DNA of 64,000 nt, taken from positions 84,196,001 to 84,260,000 of the forward strand of contig NC_091990.1 of assembly GCF_044704955.1 (NCBI RefSeq), read 5' to 3'. Below are positions 1 through 11,844 of the stretch, in pieces (position 1 is the first letter of the stretch; each line of letters begins with the position of its first letter). Source of the DNA: Pristiophorus japonicus. Taxonomy: Eukaryota. The translations under genes and the position numbers were made by a program. The notes under the pieces are model-generated. The model did no database searches and was not told the DNA's origin. It worked only from the letters and a program-made list of their open reading frames with translations.

Positions 1-149
1 GACATTCACAAGACAGTCCCTCCAAGCTCCGATCAGCAGGTCCTCATTACTAACCGTGCTAAGAATCGACAATTACTACAGCCACAATGTAAAAGGTGCA
101 TGGGAGAATGCACCTCCCAGCACCAGGAGAATCCCACAGTGCATTTATT

Positions 150-632
150 CCCAATTAAATATTGGGAAGACCAAAGCCATTGTTTTCAGTCCCCGCAACG
201 AACTGCGTTCCCTAGCCACCAACTTCATCCCTCTCACCAACTTCTGTCTGAGGCTGAACCAACCTTGGACTCATATTTGATCCTGAAATGAGCTTCAGAT
301 CACATATCCATGCCATAACTAAGACCGTCTATTTCCACCTCTGTAGCATTACCCGTCTCCACCCTTGCCTCAGCTCATCCACTGTTGAAACCCTCATCCA
401 CACATCTAGACTTGTCTATTCCAATTCTGGCTGGCCTCCCACGTTCTACCCTACGTAAACTTGTGGTCCTCCAAAACTCAGCTGCCCGTGTCCTAACTCA
501 CATAAAGTCCCACTCACCCATTACCTCTGTGCTTGCTGACCTACACTGGCTTCTGGTTAAGCAATACCTCGATTTTAAAATTCTCAGTCTTGTTTTCAAA
601 TCCCTCCATGGCCTCGCCTCTCCCTATCTCGG
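150..632 (+). mobile_element. L2-clade LINE ORF2 C-terminal fragment, decayed
   Basis: Translates to LNIGKTKAIVF...LAGLPRSTLRKLVVLQNSAARVLT...ITSVLADLHWL...DFKILSLVFKSLHGLASPYL, typical of the L2 ORF2 C-terminus; frameshifted. Confidence 0.8.
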
Positions 633-669
633 AGAGATTTCCCAGTGTGGGAAATCCTGGAGTATATTT

Positions 670-2157
670 ACATAAGAACATAAGAAATAGGAGCTGGAGT
701 AGGCCATCTGGCTCCTCGAGCCTGCTCCGCCATTCAATAAGATCATGGCTGATCTGATCTTGGCCTCAGCTCCACTTCCCTGCCCTCTCCCCATAACCCT
801 TGACTCCCTTATCGCTCAAAAATCTGTCTATCTCCACCTTAAATATATTCAATGACCCAGCCTCCACAGCTCTCTGGGGAAGAGAATTCCAAAGATTCAC
901 GACCCTCTGAGAGAAGAAATTCCTCTTCATTTCAGTTTTAAATGGGCGACCCCTTATTCTGAAACTATGCCCTCTAGTTCTAGATTCCCCCACGAGGGGA
1001 AACATCCTCTCTGCATCTATCCTGACAAGCCCTCTCAGAATCTTATACGTTTCAATAAGATCATCTCTCGTTCTTCTAAGCTCCAATGAGTATAGATCCA
1101 ACCTGCTCAACCTTTCTACATATGACAACCCTTTCATCTCAGGAATCAACCTAGTGAACCTTCTCTGAACAGCCTCCAATGTAAGTATATCCTTCCTTAA
1201 ATAAGGAGACCAAAACTGCACGCAGTACTCCAGGTGTGGTCTCACCAATACCTGTACAGTTGTAGCAGGACTTCTCTGCTTTTATACTCTATCCCCCTTG
1301 CAATAAAGGCCAACATTCCATTTGCTTTCCCAATTACTTGCTGTACCTGCATACTAACTTTTTGTGTTTCATGTACAAGGATCCCCAGGTCCCTCTATAC
1401 CGCAGCATTTTGTAATCTCTCCCCATTTAAATAATAATTTTCTTTTTTACTTTTCCTACCAAAGTGGATAACCTCACACTTTCCCACATTATACTCCATC
1501 TGCCAAATGTTTGCCCACTCACTTAGCCTATCTATATCCCTTTGCAGATTCTTTGTGTCCTCCTCACAACTTGGTTTACCACCTATCTTTTTATCATCAG
1601 CAATTTTGGCGACATTACATTCGGTCCCTTCATCCAAGTCATGAATATAGATTGTAAATAGTTGAGGCCTCAGCACCGATCCATGTGGCACCCCATTAGT
1701 TACCGTTTGCCAACTGGAAAATTACCCATTTATCCTCTGTTTTCTGTTAGTTAGCCAATCCTTTATCCATGCTAATATATTACCCGCAACCCCGTAAGCT
1801 TTTATCTTGTGCAGTAACCATTTGTGTGACATCTTATCGAATGCCTTTTGGAAATCCAAATATACGACATCTACTGGTTCCCCTTTATCCACCCTGCTTT
1901 TTACATCCTCAAAGAACTCCAGCAAATTTGTCAAACATGATTTCCCTTTCATAAAACCATGCTGACTCTGCTTGACTGCATTATGATTTTCTAAATGTCT
2001 CTACTACTTCCTTAATAATGGACTCCAGCATTTCCCCAGCTACAGATGTTAGGCTAACTGGTCTATAGTTTCCTGTTTTCTTAAATAGCAGTGTTAAATT
2101 TGCAGTTTTCCAGTCCGCTGGGATCTCTCCAGAATCCAGGGAATGTTGGTAGATTAC
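670..2157 (-). mobile_element. CR1 LINE, 5'-truncated, RT region with frameshifts
   Basis: Minus ORFs with NYRPVSLTSV, KSCLTNLLEFFE, VYLDFQKAFDK, PHGSVLRPQLF, IADD, LVRPHLEYCVQFWSP; 3' tail reads cataagaacataagaa on + at ~671. Confidence 0.95.
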
Positions 2158-2779
2158 AATCAAATTTTGTTAGATTAGAACCAGTGTGGGGAATCCTGCA
2201 GTATATTTATTCCCTAACCTCAGTCGGTATCAGTTGGCTCTATATACAAGTAGACAGAAGTCTGACATTGCCTCTTTTCTCTTCTGTCTGCCCACAGCAT
2301 TAGTGTCTGTTCCTCTGAGATTGCAGTGTCTCTCAGTGGGAAGATCCATCCCTACTGCTTTGTGCCAGTTGTATTGTCAGCAATTGTTTAAAGGGACAAT
2401 TCAGATAAACGACCCATTTGTTGCCAGTAAAGAGCACCTATAATTCTCTGCTTTCCCAAGTGTGATCCAAATGTTTTAAGCAGAGATTCGTGTTTGTCAC
2501 GAACATTTCCCATTCCGTGCTGGGAGCACCTATATTGCAAATAATTAGATTGTGATTTATTTAGCGATTAACTCACTGAGCTAAATCAAACAAGGGCTTC
2601 TCTCTCCTTCCGTCCTGCACTATAAAAATCACAGTAATCTCAACTGAATTGAAGCTGCCTCTCTGCCACATTTCCCCATCTACACCAGTACAAAGAGAGG
2701 CGAGACTGGCAGTGAGTGACCATCAGGAAGCAGGCACTGATAAACGGCCTGTTTAACTCTTGTAGGCCCTTCATGCAGC

Positions 2780-2930
2780 TGTAATAGAGAGCTCCACCTA
2801 GTGGACAACTGATGTACTGCAAACACTGATATATAAATAAAGGGTCATGTGGTAAGGGCACATGATGACAGTTTGGGTTCAGAGCCATCTTGTCTAGTGT
2901 GCTGTTGAGTGATGTCATAAAGATATCACA
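2780..2930 (+). repeat. 5' LTR of Gypsy element, followed by degenerate PBS
   Basis: Starts TGTAATAGAGAGCTC, ends ATCACA; followed by tattggagaacggggataggat, resembling the TGGCGACGAGGATGGGAT complement of the tRNA-Ser(GCT) 3' end. Confidence 0.88.
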
Positions 2931-3144
2931 TATTGGAGAACGGGGATAGGATCTTAGGATTCCCTAGTTAAAATGTTTGTTGGTGAATGATCCAGCCAAC
3001 TGACAGAGAGAGTTTGCGAGGTTCTTTGTTTTGCAAGGTACACACTTGGCTGAACTGTCGATGTTGCCAGAGTCTAGATGGCCGCGCCTATGAGAATAAT
3101 AGGGTACTGTGTGAGTTCCATCACGACCAAGAGACTTTCAGAGT

Positions 3145-3410
3145 ATGAGATGAGGAGAAACTTCTTCACTCAGAGAGTTGTTAACCTGTGGAATTCCCTA
3201 CCGCAGAAAGTTGTTGATGCCAGTTCATTGGAGATATTCAAGAGGGAGTTAGATGTGGCCCTTACGGCTAAAGGGATCAAGGGGTATGGTGAGAAAGCAG
3301 GAAAGGGGTACTGAGGTGAATGATCAGCCATGATCTTATTGAATGGTGGTGCAGGCTCGAAGGGCCGAATGGCCTACTCCTGCACCTATTTTCTATGTTT
3401 CTATGTTTCT
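3145..3410 (+). mobile_element. Short CR1 3'-end insertion inside Gypsy gag
   Basis: EMRRNFFTQRVVNLWNSLPQKVV...GIKGYGEKAG, then CR1 3'UTR and ctatgtttctatgtttct tail; gag resumes as YVEQLDMFFTA. Confidence 0.9.
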
Positions 3411-6355
3411 ATATGTGGAGCAGCTAGACATGTTTTTCACCGCACATAGTATAATTGAAGTCCCCGATGAAAACCGTAACCGGGTGGTTTTAGAAAGGAA
3501 ACGGGCTATTTTCCTGACTGAAGCAGGCCCTGCCCCGGGGTGTATGAAACCCTGAAAAATGTGCTTGTTCCTGTCAAGCCAATGGATACGCCACTGACTG
3601 AGAACAGCACGACAGTCCTGAGCCCTTGGAAATTGCTGAAAGTTATTGTTTTGGAATACGAGATCAATTAATTGTAGCTTTAAAAAAGCTATCCATTCAT
3701 TGTCATTTAGGAAACTATCAGGACCAAGTATTGTGGGATGAAAAATGATGGAATCAGATGGAAGTTGTTGACAACTCCTAACTTGACTTTTGATTTAGCT
3801 TGTCAGACTGCTATGTCGATGGATATGGCCGACCAACACTCCTGAGGATTTCGTGCCATTTCCAGTCGTCAGACAACTGAGGTGAATCGGCTACAGGCTA
3901 AAAGTAAAAGGCAGTTGGGCCCCAAGACAACCGGCCACGGTAACAGAGCATTGAAGTCGTGCTATCGGTGCCTGGGACAACACATTGTTAAAAGCTGTCT
4001 AGATGTTAAGGCAGAGTGTTTCTGCTGCACGAAAACTGGGCATCTTGTGAAGGTATGCCGATGGAAGAGTAAACCAACTTTCAATGCTGGAAGTAGAAAT
4101 CGCCAGATACTACATAGCATTGAAGAGAAGCAATTGGACGAGGAGGTTCTGGAGATACACATCATTAGGAGCACGAGGGCATCTAACAGCAATTCGCAAA
4201 GTATCATCATCCAAGTAGACGTTGCAGGAACCAGGACACCCATGGAAATCGACACTGGTGCATCCATGAGCGTAGTACCGGGATTGCTATATCTCGACAA
4301 GTTGAGTGATTTCCAGTGGAGAAGTCGAAGATAGAGCTGCGAGGCGACTCATGGAGAGCAAATCCCTGTGGTTGGACGTTTCACCGTACCGGTGAAATAC
4401 AAGGATCAGTTACCTCTCATAGTAGCGGCAGGAGACAAGCCTGCCTTGATAGGTAGAAATTGGTTAGGATCACTGAAGCTGGATTGGAATAAGATTTTTC
4501 GTGTGGAAACAAAATTTGCATCGAAAGATGACATCATCAAGCAAAATCTGAAGGTGTTCTGCGAAACAGGCAGTCCGATTCAAGGCTTCAAGGTGAGTGT
4601 CAGAGTGCAGAAGGATGCTAGACCAGTCTACTGCAAGCCCCATCCCATAACATACGCACTCAAGGAGAATGTTGAGCAAGAATTCAAAGGAATAGAAACT
4701 GAGAACATTATCTCTAAGATAGATCTAAGTAATGCTGATGCTATGTCCAGGTTGCCAACCCCATCACAAGTTACACCCGATAGTGAAGAAGTGTTTTATT
4801 TTTCATACATTGGTGAACTGACAATCACAGCTAAAGAGATTGGTAGAGCAACATACGTGACCCAGTTATGTCAAAGGTGTAAGATTACATAGCAAATGGC
4901 TGGCCAAACCAGGTAACAGAGAACGGTATTCATCCATACTTTGTTCATAGGAATGAATTATCAGTGGATAAAGATTGTATCATGTGGGGTGCAAGAGTAG
5001 TTATTCCAAATAAGTTCAGATCCAAATTATTAAGAGATCTCCATGACCAGCACCTGGGAATGTGCTTGACCAAGAGTTTTGCATGCAGTTATTTATGGTG
5101 GCCAGGTTTAGATAAAGATATAGCGTACATCGTTAGTCAGTGTACAACATGTCAATCGGTAATCAAGAAACCACCACCAGTACCATTACAGTCATGAAAA
5201 TGACCTCCCAGGGTGTGGCAAAGGTTACATGTAGATTTTGCTGAACTAGAAGGACAACAATTGGTCATTGTAATTGATAGTCATTCAAAGTGGGTAGAGG
5301 TGTTTCCGAGGTGGAAAATAACAACCAGTAAAACTGTAAACAATTTGCAAAGATTGTTTTCTTCATTTGGTCTCCGAGAAGAAATTGTGTCTGATAATGG
5401 GCCGCCATTTTGATCAGAAGAATTTGCATAGTTCATGAGCAGAAATGGTGAAAGTCATACCAAAGTTCCACCACACCACTCTGCTTCAAATTGTGCAGCA
5501 GAGTGTACAGTACAAATTATAAAATGTACCCTCATCAAGCAAATGTTGGATTCAAATCCAAAGAAACAGCAGTTGTCGTTGGACCACAATCTGGCAAATT
5601 TTCTAATTACTTATTGTAATACTCCTCATAAAACTACTGGTAGAACACCAGCAGAGTTGTTTATCAAACGACGACCATGAACCAGTTTCTCGTTGTTAAA
5701 GCCAAACTTGACACAGTCAGTAGAAGAGAAACAATTAAGATAGAAAGAGAATCATGATAGAGGTAGAGTAAGAGAGAGAAGTGTGAAATTAAATCAGAAG
5801 GTTAGAGTGAAGAACCATCACCATAAATGGTTAAAGTGGTTACCAGGAAGAATGGTGAAGATATGTGGCCCTCACAACTATTTGGTCAAGATGATTGCCA
5901 TGGACAGGTTAGGTTTGTTCACACTGATCATATTTTACCGACAGATGTGGAAGGAGTTGAAAGTTGAAATGATTCGATTTTTTCTAATGAGTCAGATAGT
6001 TTTGTTACAAGTAGAGTACCAGTAGCAAATCCTACATCGGATGTATTAGAAACAAATACAAGAGAAAGTCAGAATTTAAGTCCGAGTCCGAGTCAGGCAG
6101 ACAAACAGTCTGAAGTTGTAGAGAGCTCAAATGTAGATCAAGGGTTGCGCTTGGAGAAAGACTCGCCTCAGGCTCAGCCAAAGATAAGATTGAAAAGTTC
6201 TGTTTAAGAACGAAGATATCCTCTTCAAAATAGAAAACCAGTGGTTAAGTTTGATTTGGAAATATGGAAATAAAAGTCCATATATTTTGTTGTGTATACC
6301 ATGCAAGTTATGTATAATGATCATTTTGTTATAATTACTTCTTTAATAAGGAGAA

Positions 6356-6517
6356 AATAAGAACATAAGAATTAGGAACAGGAGTAGGCCATCTAGCCCC
6401 TCGAGCCTGCTCCGCCATTCAACAAGATCATGGCTGATCTGGCCGTGGACTCAGCTCCACTTACCCGCCCGCTCCCCGTAACCCTTAATTGCCTTATTGG
6501 TTAAAAATCTATCTATC
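6356..6517 (-). mobile_element. Short CR1 3'-end insertion at the Gypsy polypurine tract
   Basis: ataagaacataagaa tail and CR1 3'UTR matching 670-830; PPT aaagaagggagggagaag follows at 6518-6535. Confidence 0.88.
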
Positions 6518-6535
6518 AAAGAAGGGAGGGAGAAG

Positions 6536-6684
6536 TGTAATAGAGAGCTCTACCTGGTGGACCACTGATGAACTGCAATGTTGATGTATTAATAAGTGGT
6601 CATGTGACAAAGTCACATGATGACAGTTTCTGTTAAGCGCCATCTTGCAGTGTGCTGTGTTAATGATGTTGAAAAGTTAAAACA
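6536..6684 (+). repeat. 3' LTR of Gypsy element
   Basis: Direct repeat of 2780-2930 (roughly 80% identity by eye), preceded by PPT, ends AACA. Confidence 0.88.
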
Positions 6685-6828
6685 GCATCCATTCCTGTAT
6701 CTATGATTAGTGTAGCAGCTAACGTTAAACAAGTGTAAACTCACCAGTACGGCAACAGCGCTGAACATGACAGCTGACACCAATTGCCACAACCTAAAGA
6801 GAGTTAAACAGAGTGATTAGTGCACTCA

Positions 6829-6868
6829 GTCACACACACACACACATTGTGGCAGATACACATACAGT

Positions 6869-6901
<33 letters not shown>

Positions 6902-6918
6902 AGTGACACACACACACA
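6829..6918. repeat. Interrupted (CA)n microsatellite
   Basis: Visible CA runs. Confidence 0.95.
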
Positions 6919-7141
6919 GGGAGGGCTCACAGTCTGGCACAAGTCACAAACCGTCATTACAACAAAGATTAAGATTCTTATTGTTACCACGTTGTTATTT
7001 TGTGAATGTTATTCTACGATGATTCTGGCCCTTTGATAATTAGGGTCGATAGATGGACAGACAGAAATAAAAAGCGACACCATGGGACCCCGTTCAATCC
7101 TGGCTGGAGCTGATGATTTTGAATGTTGAGTTGGAATGTAA

Positions 7142-7783
7142 GTGGGGCGGGAGTTGGGGTAGGGGTAGGGGGAGGGGAGCGGTTGGGGTAGGGGCAGGGT
7201 GTGGGTGAGGGGTAGGGGTGGGGTAAGGGCAGGGGGTAGGGGTAGGGGGGAGAGGCAGGGGGAGGGGGGAGAGGCAGGGGCGGGGGGAGGGGTAGTGGCG
7301 GGAGTAGGGGCGGGATAGGGGGTAGGGGCGGGGTAGGGGCAGGGGTGGGGGGAGGTGCAGGGGCGGGGAGGTGCAGGGGCGGGGGAGGGGGAGGTGTAGG
7401 GGAGGGGGGCGGTGGAGGGGGAGGGGCGGGGAGGTGCAGGGGCGGGGGAGGGGGAGGTGTAGGGGAGGAGGGCGGTGGAGGGGGAGGTGCAGGGGCGGGG
7501 GAGGTGCAGGGGCGGTGGTAGGGATAGGGGCAGGGAAGGGGTAAGGGAGGGGTGGGGGGAGGGGTAGGGTAGGGGCGGGGGGGAGGGCTAGGGGAGGGGT
7601 AGCAGGAGGAACAGGGGAGGGGGAGGGTTAGGGGCATGGGAAAGAGAGGGAGGGGTAGGGGCATGAGGAAGGGAGGGGTAGGGGCAGGGGACGGGGTAGG
7701 GGTAGGGGTGGGGTTGGGGCGGGGGCAGGGTAGGGGCAGGGTAGGGGGAAGGGTAGGGGTGGGGGCAGGGGGAACACTGGGGC
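7142..7783. repeat. G-rich low-complexity tract with G-quadruplex potential
   Basis: Dozens of G3-G6 runs separated by 1-4 nt (ggggta, ggggca, ggggga) with internal ~60-bp duplications. Confidence 0.9.
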
Positions 7784-7999
7784 CATCGGGTACAGTGCAG
7801 CACCCAGAGCAGCAGGCAGGAGCCTGTCCCTGTCGAGGGTAGCATGCTTCCCATTCACACTCAGACTGCACACATCACTCATCCTCACTTTACTGTCTTG
7901 TGTCATGAATCGGATTTTATTTTTAAATTGATGCTTTTTTTAAGGTTTTTTTTTTACTCCCAAATGCCGGGCCAGTCTAAGCTATGAGGCTTCTTACAG

Positions 8000-8156
8000 T
8001 TAAATATCGCTCCTACAGTCACTGTCCAAACGTGTACATGAACAATGGAGCCATGGGTATATACCAGCGAGCTGATGGAAATGACAGTATCAGTGTACCG
8101 GACTCACTCTGTACCCACCGCAAGAGTAGCAAGGATGGGACACCCAATCTCCCAGG
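8000..8156 (+). other. Candidate coding exon of an unidentified host gene
   Basis: Non-repetitive; ttcttacag acceptor, open frame KYRSYSHCPNVYMNNGAMGIYQRADGNDSISVPDSLCTHRKSSKDGTPNLP, GT at 8157; no protein recognised. Confidence 0.3.
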
Positions 8157-8732
8157 GTGGGACATTCTGCTCCTCACTCCCCACTTCAGGATTACATCCC
8201 GATACCCCCGTGGGTGAACGCCAGCAGACAGTGAGACTTGGGCTGAGACGGACTCTGGAATGTAAGCAATCAGTCCCATTGGGTACCCCATGACAGTGAC
8301 GGACACGGCAAATACCCACAGCCGGACTAGATGTGAATAAAAATCGGGGCTCAGGGCGAGAGGGGAAATACTTCACACTCGTCAATCACCGCAAACAGCT
8401 CAGAGCGTCGTGCCAGGGAGGGCAGAGTAGGGGTGGGGATACAGCCTTCGATATCAGCTCATCGCAGGAGCCAGCACTTACTCAATCGGCACATTTTATT
8501 TAACATTAAAAGTAGTACCTGAGACCCAAAGGTTTTCGCATGGTGAATTTCATTTCATTTCCCAGTACTTGACTGATCTGGAAAAGAAGAGATGAGCATT
8601 AGACAATTCGGGGCCCTCTATACGAGCAACATCCATCCATTGCAAGCCCAGCCTTCACCCGGTTTGGTTTGTGAATATATTTTCGCTCTTCCTTTCGAGG
8701 GATTTCCTCATCCAAAAGGATGGGCAGCACCC

Positions 8733-9168
8733 GGCCTCTGCCTGTCTGATGTTGGTCCTAACCCAATCCCAGGCCTCTGCCTGTCTGATGTTGGTCCTAA
8801 CCCACTCCCAGGCCTCTGCCTGTCTGATGTTGGTCCTAACCCAATCCCAGGCCTCTGCCTGTCTGATGTTGATCCTAACCCATTCCCAGGACTCTGCCTG
8901 TCTGATATTGATCCTAACCCATTCCCAGACTCTGCCTGTCTGATGTTGGTCCTAACCCAATCCCAGGCCTCTGCCTGTCTGATATTGATCCTAACCCATT
9001 CCCAGACTCTGCCTGTCTGATGTTGGTCCTAACCCAATCCCAGGCCTCTGCCTGTCTGATGTTGATCCTAACCCATTCCCAGGACTCTGCCTGTCTGATA
9101 TTGATCCTAACCCATTCCCAGGAATCTGCCTGTCTGATGTTGGTCCTAACCCACTCCCAGGCCTCTGC
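8733..9168. repeat. 39-bp minisatellite, ~11 copies
   Basis: Unit ggcctctgcctgtctgatgttggtcctaacccaatccca, with 38-bp variants. Confidence 0.95.
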
Positions 9169-9497
9169 TGATGGTGTCTGAAGGCAAATTTTGCAGCTTA
9201 GTCACTGAGTGTCTTTCACTGACTTGCTGCACTGACATTCACGTACTGCACAACCTGTGATTGGCTGCTTACTGATTGAGGGTTTAAAGCCATGTCGACC
9301 AGTCCACAAAGTTGCTCAGCATCCAGGCCCTCTTATTGAAACCCACGTGGGATTTCCAGCTATGTGAACCTTGCAGACAATGACACAAACCCTGATTATT
9401 ATTGCAGCACCATTGAACTGTTAACTTAATTCCCTGTCCCTATCTGTATTACGCTGGTTAACTCCTCCCCTGTGTCTCTACAATGTTTGAGATACTT

Positions 9498-10856
9498 TGT
9501 GTAATGGGGCGTCAGTGTATATTGGGTGTGTAATAGGGCATCAGTGTATATTGGGATTGTGTAATGGTGATTTAGTGTATATTGGGTGTGTAATGGGGCA
9601 TTAGTATATATTGAGATTGTGTAATGGGGAGTTAGTGTATATTGGGTGTGTAATGGGGAGTTAGTGTGTATTGGGATTGTGTAATTGGGCGTTAGTGTAG
9701 ATTGGGATAGTGTAATGGGGCGTTAGTGTATATTGGGATTGTGTAATGGGGAGTTAGTGTATATTGGGTGAGTAATGGGGCATTAGTGTATATTGGGATT
9801 ATGTAATGGGGAGTTAGTGTATATTGGGTGTGTAATGGGGCGTTAGTGTATATTGGGATTGTGTAATGGGGAGTTAGTGTATATTGGGTGTGTAATGGGG
9901 AGTTAGTGTATATTGGGATTGTGTAATGGGGCGTTAGTGCATATTGGGATTGTGTAATGGGGTGTTAGTGTATATTGGGATTGTGTAATGGGGAGTTAGT
10001 GTATATTGGGTGTGTAATGGGGCGTTAGTGTATATTGGGATTGTGTAATGGGGAGTTAGTGTATATTGGGATTGTGTAATGGGGCGTCAGTGTATATTGG
10101 GATTGTGTAATGGGGTGTTAGTGTATATTGGGTGTGTAATGGGGGGTTAGTGTAGATTGGGATTGTGTAATGGGGCGTCAGTGTATATTGGGATTGTGAA
10201 ATGGGGCGTCTGTGTATATTGGGATTGTGTAATGGGGTGTTAGTATATATTGGGTGTGTAATGGGGCATTAGTGTAGATTGGGATTGTGTAATGGGGCGT
10301 CAGTGTATATTGGGTGTGTAATGGGGAGTTGGTGTATATTGGGTGTGTAATGGGGAGTTAGTGTATATTGGGATTGTGTAATGGGGCGTTAGTGTATATT
10401 GGGATTGTGTAATGGGGCGTTAGTGTATATTGGGATTGTGTAATGGGGCGTCAGTGTATATTGGGTGTGTAATGGGGCATTAGTGTATATTAGGATTGTG
10501 TAATGGGGCGTCAGTGTATATTGGGTGTGTAATGGGGAGTTGGTGTATATTGGGTGTGTAATGGGGCGTTGGTGTAGATTGGGATTGTGTAATGGGGAGT
10601 TAGTGTATATTGGGTGTGTAATGGGGAGTTAGTGTATATTGGGATTGTGTAATGGGGCGTTAGTGTATATTGGGATTGTGTAATGGGGCGTTAGTGTATA
10701 TTGAGATTGTATAATGGGGCGTCAGTGTATATTGGGTGTGTAATGGGGCGTTAGTGTATATGGGATTGTATAATGGGGCGTCAGTGTATATTGGGTGTGT
10801 AATGGGGCGTTAGTGTGTATTAGGATTGTGTAATGGGGTGTCAGTGTATATTGGGT
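9498..10856. repeat. 29/31-bp minisatellite, ~45 copies
   Basis: Unit tgtgtaatgggg(c/a)gttagtgtatattggg with or without a trailing at. Confidence 0.95.
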
Positions 10857-11844
10857 TTGATAGGTTTTTTTCAGTTGATGTCACTAACGCTCCATTCAAT
10901 GAGTGTAAACTGGTCGATGTAATGCACTGTTACAGTTTATTTACTTGTATTTGGTAAGTTTTGTAATGCCTTGTTTATGTTCAGCAGGTGCGATTTATTT
11001 ATCTGCTCAGCACGGTTTGGCATTTTGAAAGGGATGGTCCGATGCTGCCAGATCAGTGCTCCTGCTGGGGTATAAAGTGCAGCTGTTGGCTTCACTCTGT
11101 CACACTTCAGCATGATTCAGCAGTCAATAAGCAAAGGCCATGCTTGCTGCCACTCAAATAACCCGTGCCCAAAAGGATTACAAGCGCTGAAAACGTACGG
11201 GTCAATTAAACTGTCAAGCTTGACATTTAATTCCCAGCAATCGAGTAAAGAAAGCCTTTGTGCTAAATGCCTGTTCAATACAAGATGTGTTCCACGCACA
11301 ATGCAGGAGAGGAGCCATCGGGGCAATGAATGGCCAAGATTGGAGAGCTGAGCACCTGCAGTCCACTGATACACTCGCCTCCTTTCGCCACAAAGTTCCA
11401 GGGCGGTGAAGAGATATTTTCCTGGTGCTGAAATCAGGTTATTGTATTACTGGATTGACAAATATAGACTTTAAGGAGGCTGCAACAGCACCAAGGCTTT
11501 GTTGTGAGTCGCAGCACGGATATTTCTGCTCCCTTTCTTCTCGATGTATGAATGTAGATATGGGACTATAACCACGATTCAGAAGAAGCTGTCTTCTTTA
11601 CTGCGTGACAGGATAAGGGCCGGTGTCCTTAACCTGGCTGTTGTGGCTAATCCATTTCATTTGAAGATGAACCTGATCGGGATGCCAAAGGTCTAATCAG
11701 ATTAAGAATGGTCCAAACAGTATTAAGAGGACTTTAAAATAAACAGGTGAGGACATTGCGGATGCATTAGTCATAATCTTTCCAGCTCTCTTTCGATTCA
11801 AGAATTGCGCCCTTTAGATTGGAAAATTGCAATTAAAAAAAAAA

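Larger units (their letters stand above)
2780..6684 (+). mobile_element. Ty3/Gypsy LTR retrotransposon, decayed, RT/RNaseH mostly deleted
   Basis: Two ~150-bp TG...CA LTRs; Gag zinc knuckles (CYRCLGQH..C, CFCCTKTGHLVKVC), protease MEIDTGAS, integrase LHDQHLG...CTTC and WQRLHVDFA...VSDNGPPF; flanks gcagc (2775-2779) / gcatc (6685-6689). Confidence 0.92.

Noticed and set aside
7014-7906. Polyproline (formin/extensin-like) ORFs on the minus strand
   Set aside because: Translation of a G-run tract; several overlapping frames are equally open and no flanking domain is present
8733-10856. CRISPR-like arrays
   Set aside because: Units are directly tandem with no unique spacers; eukaryotic context and no cas genes
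11060-11120. TATA-box promoter (gggtataaagtgcagctg) before the 11112 ORF
   Set aside because: Single motif with no supporting evidence; downstream 79-aa ORF is unrecognisable
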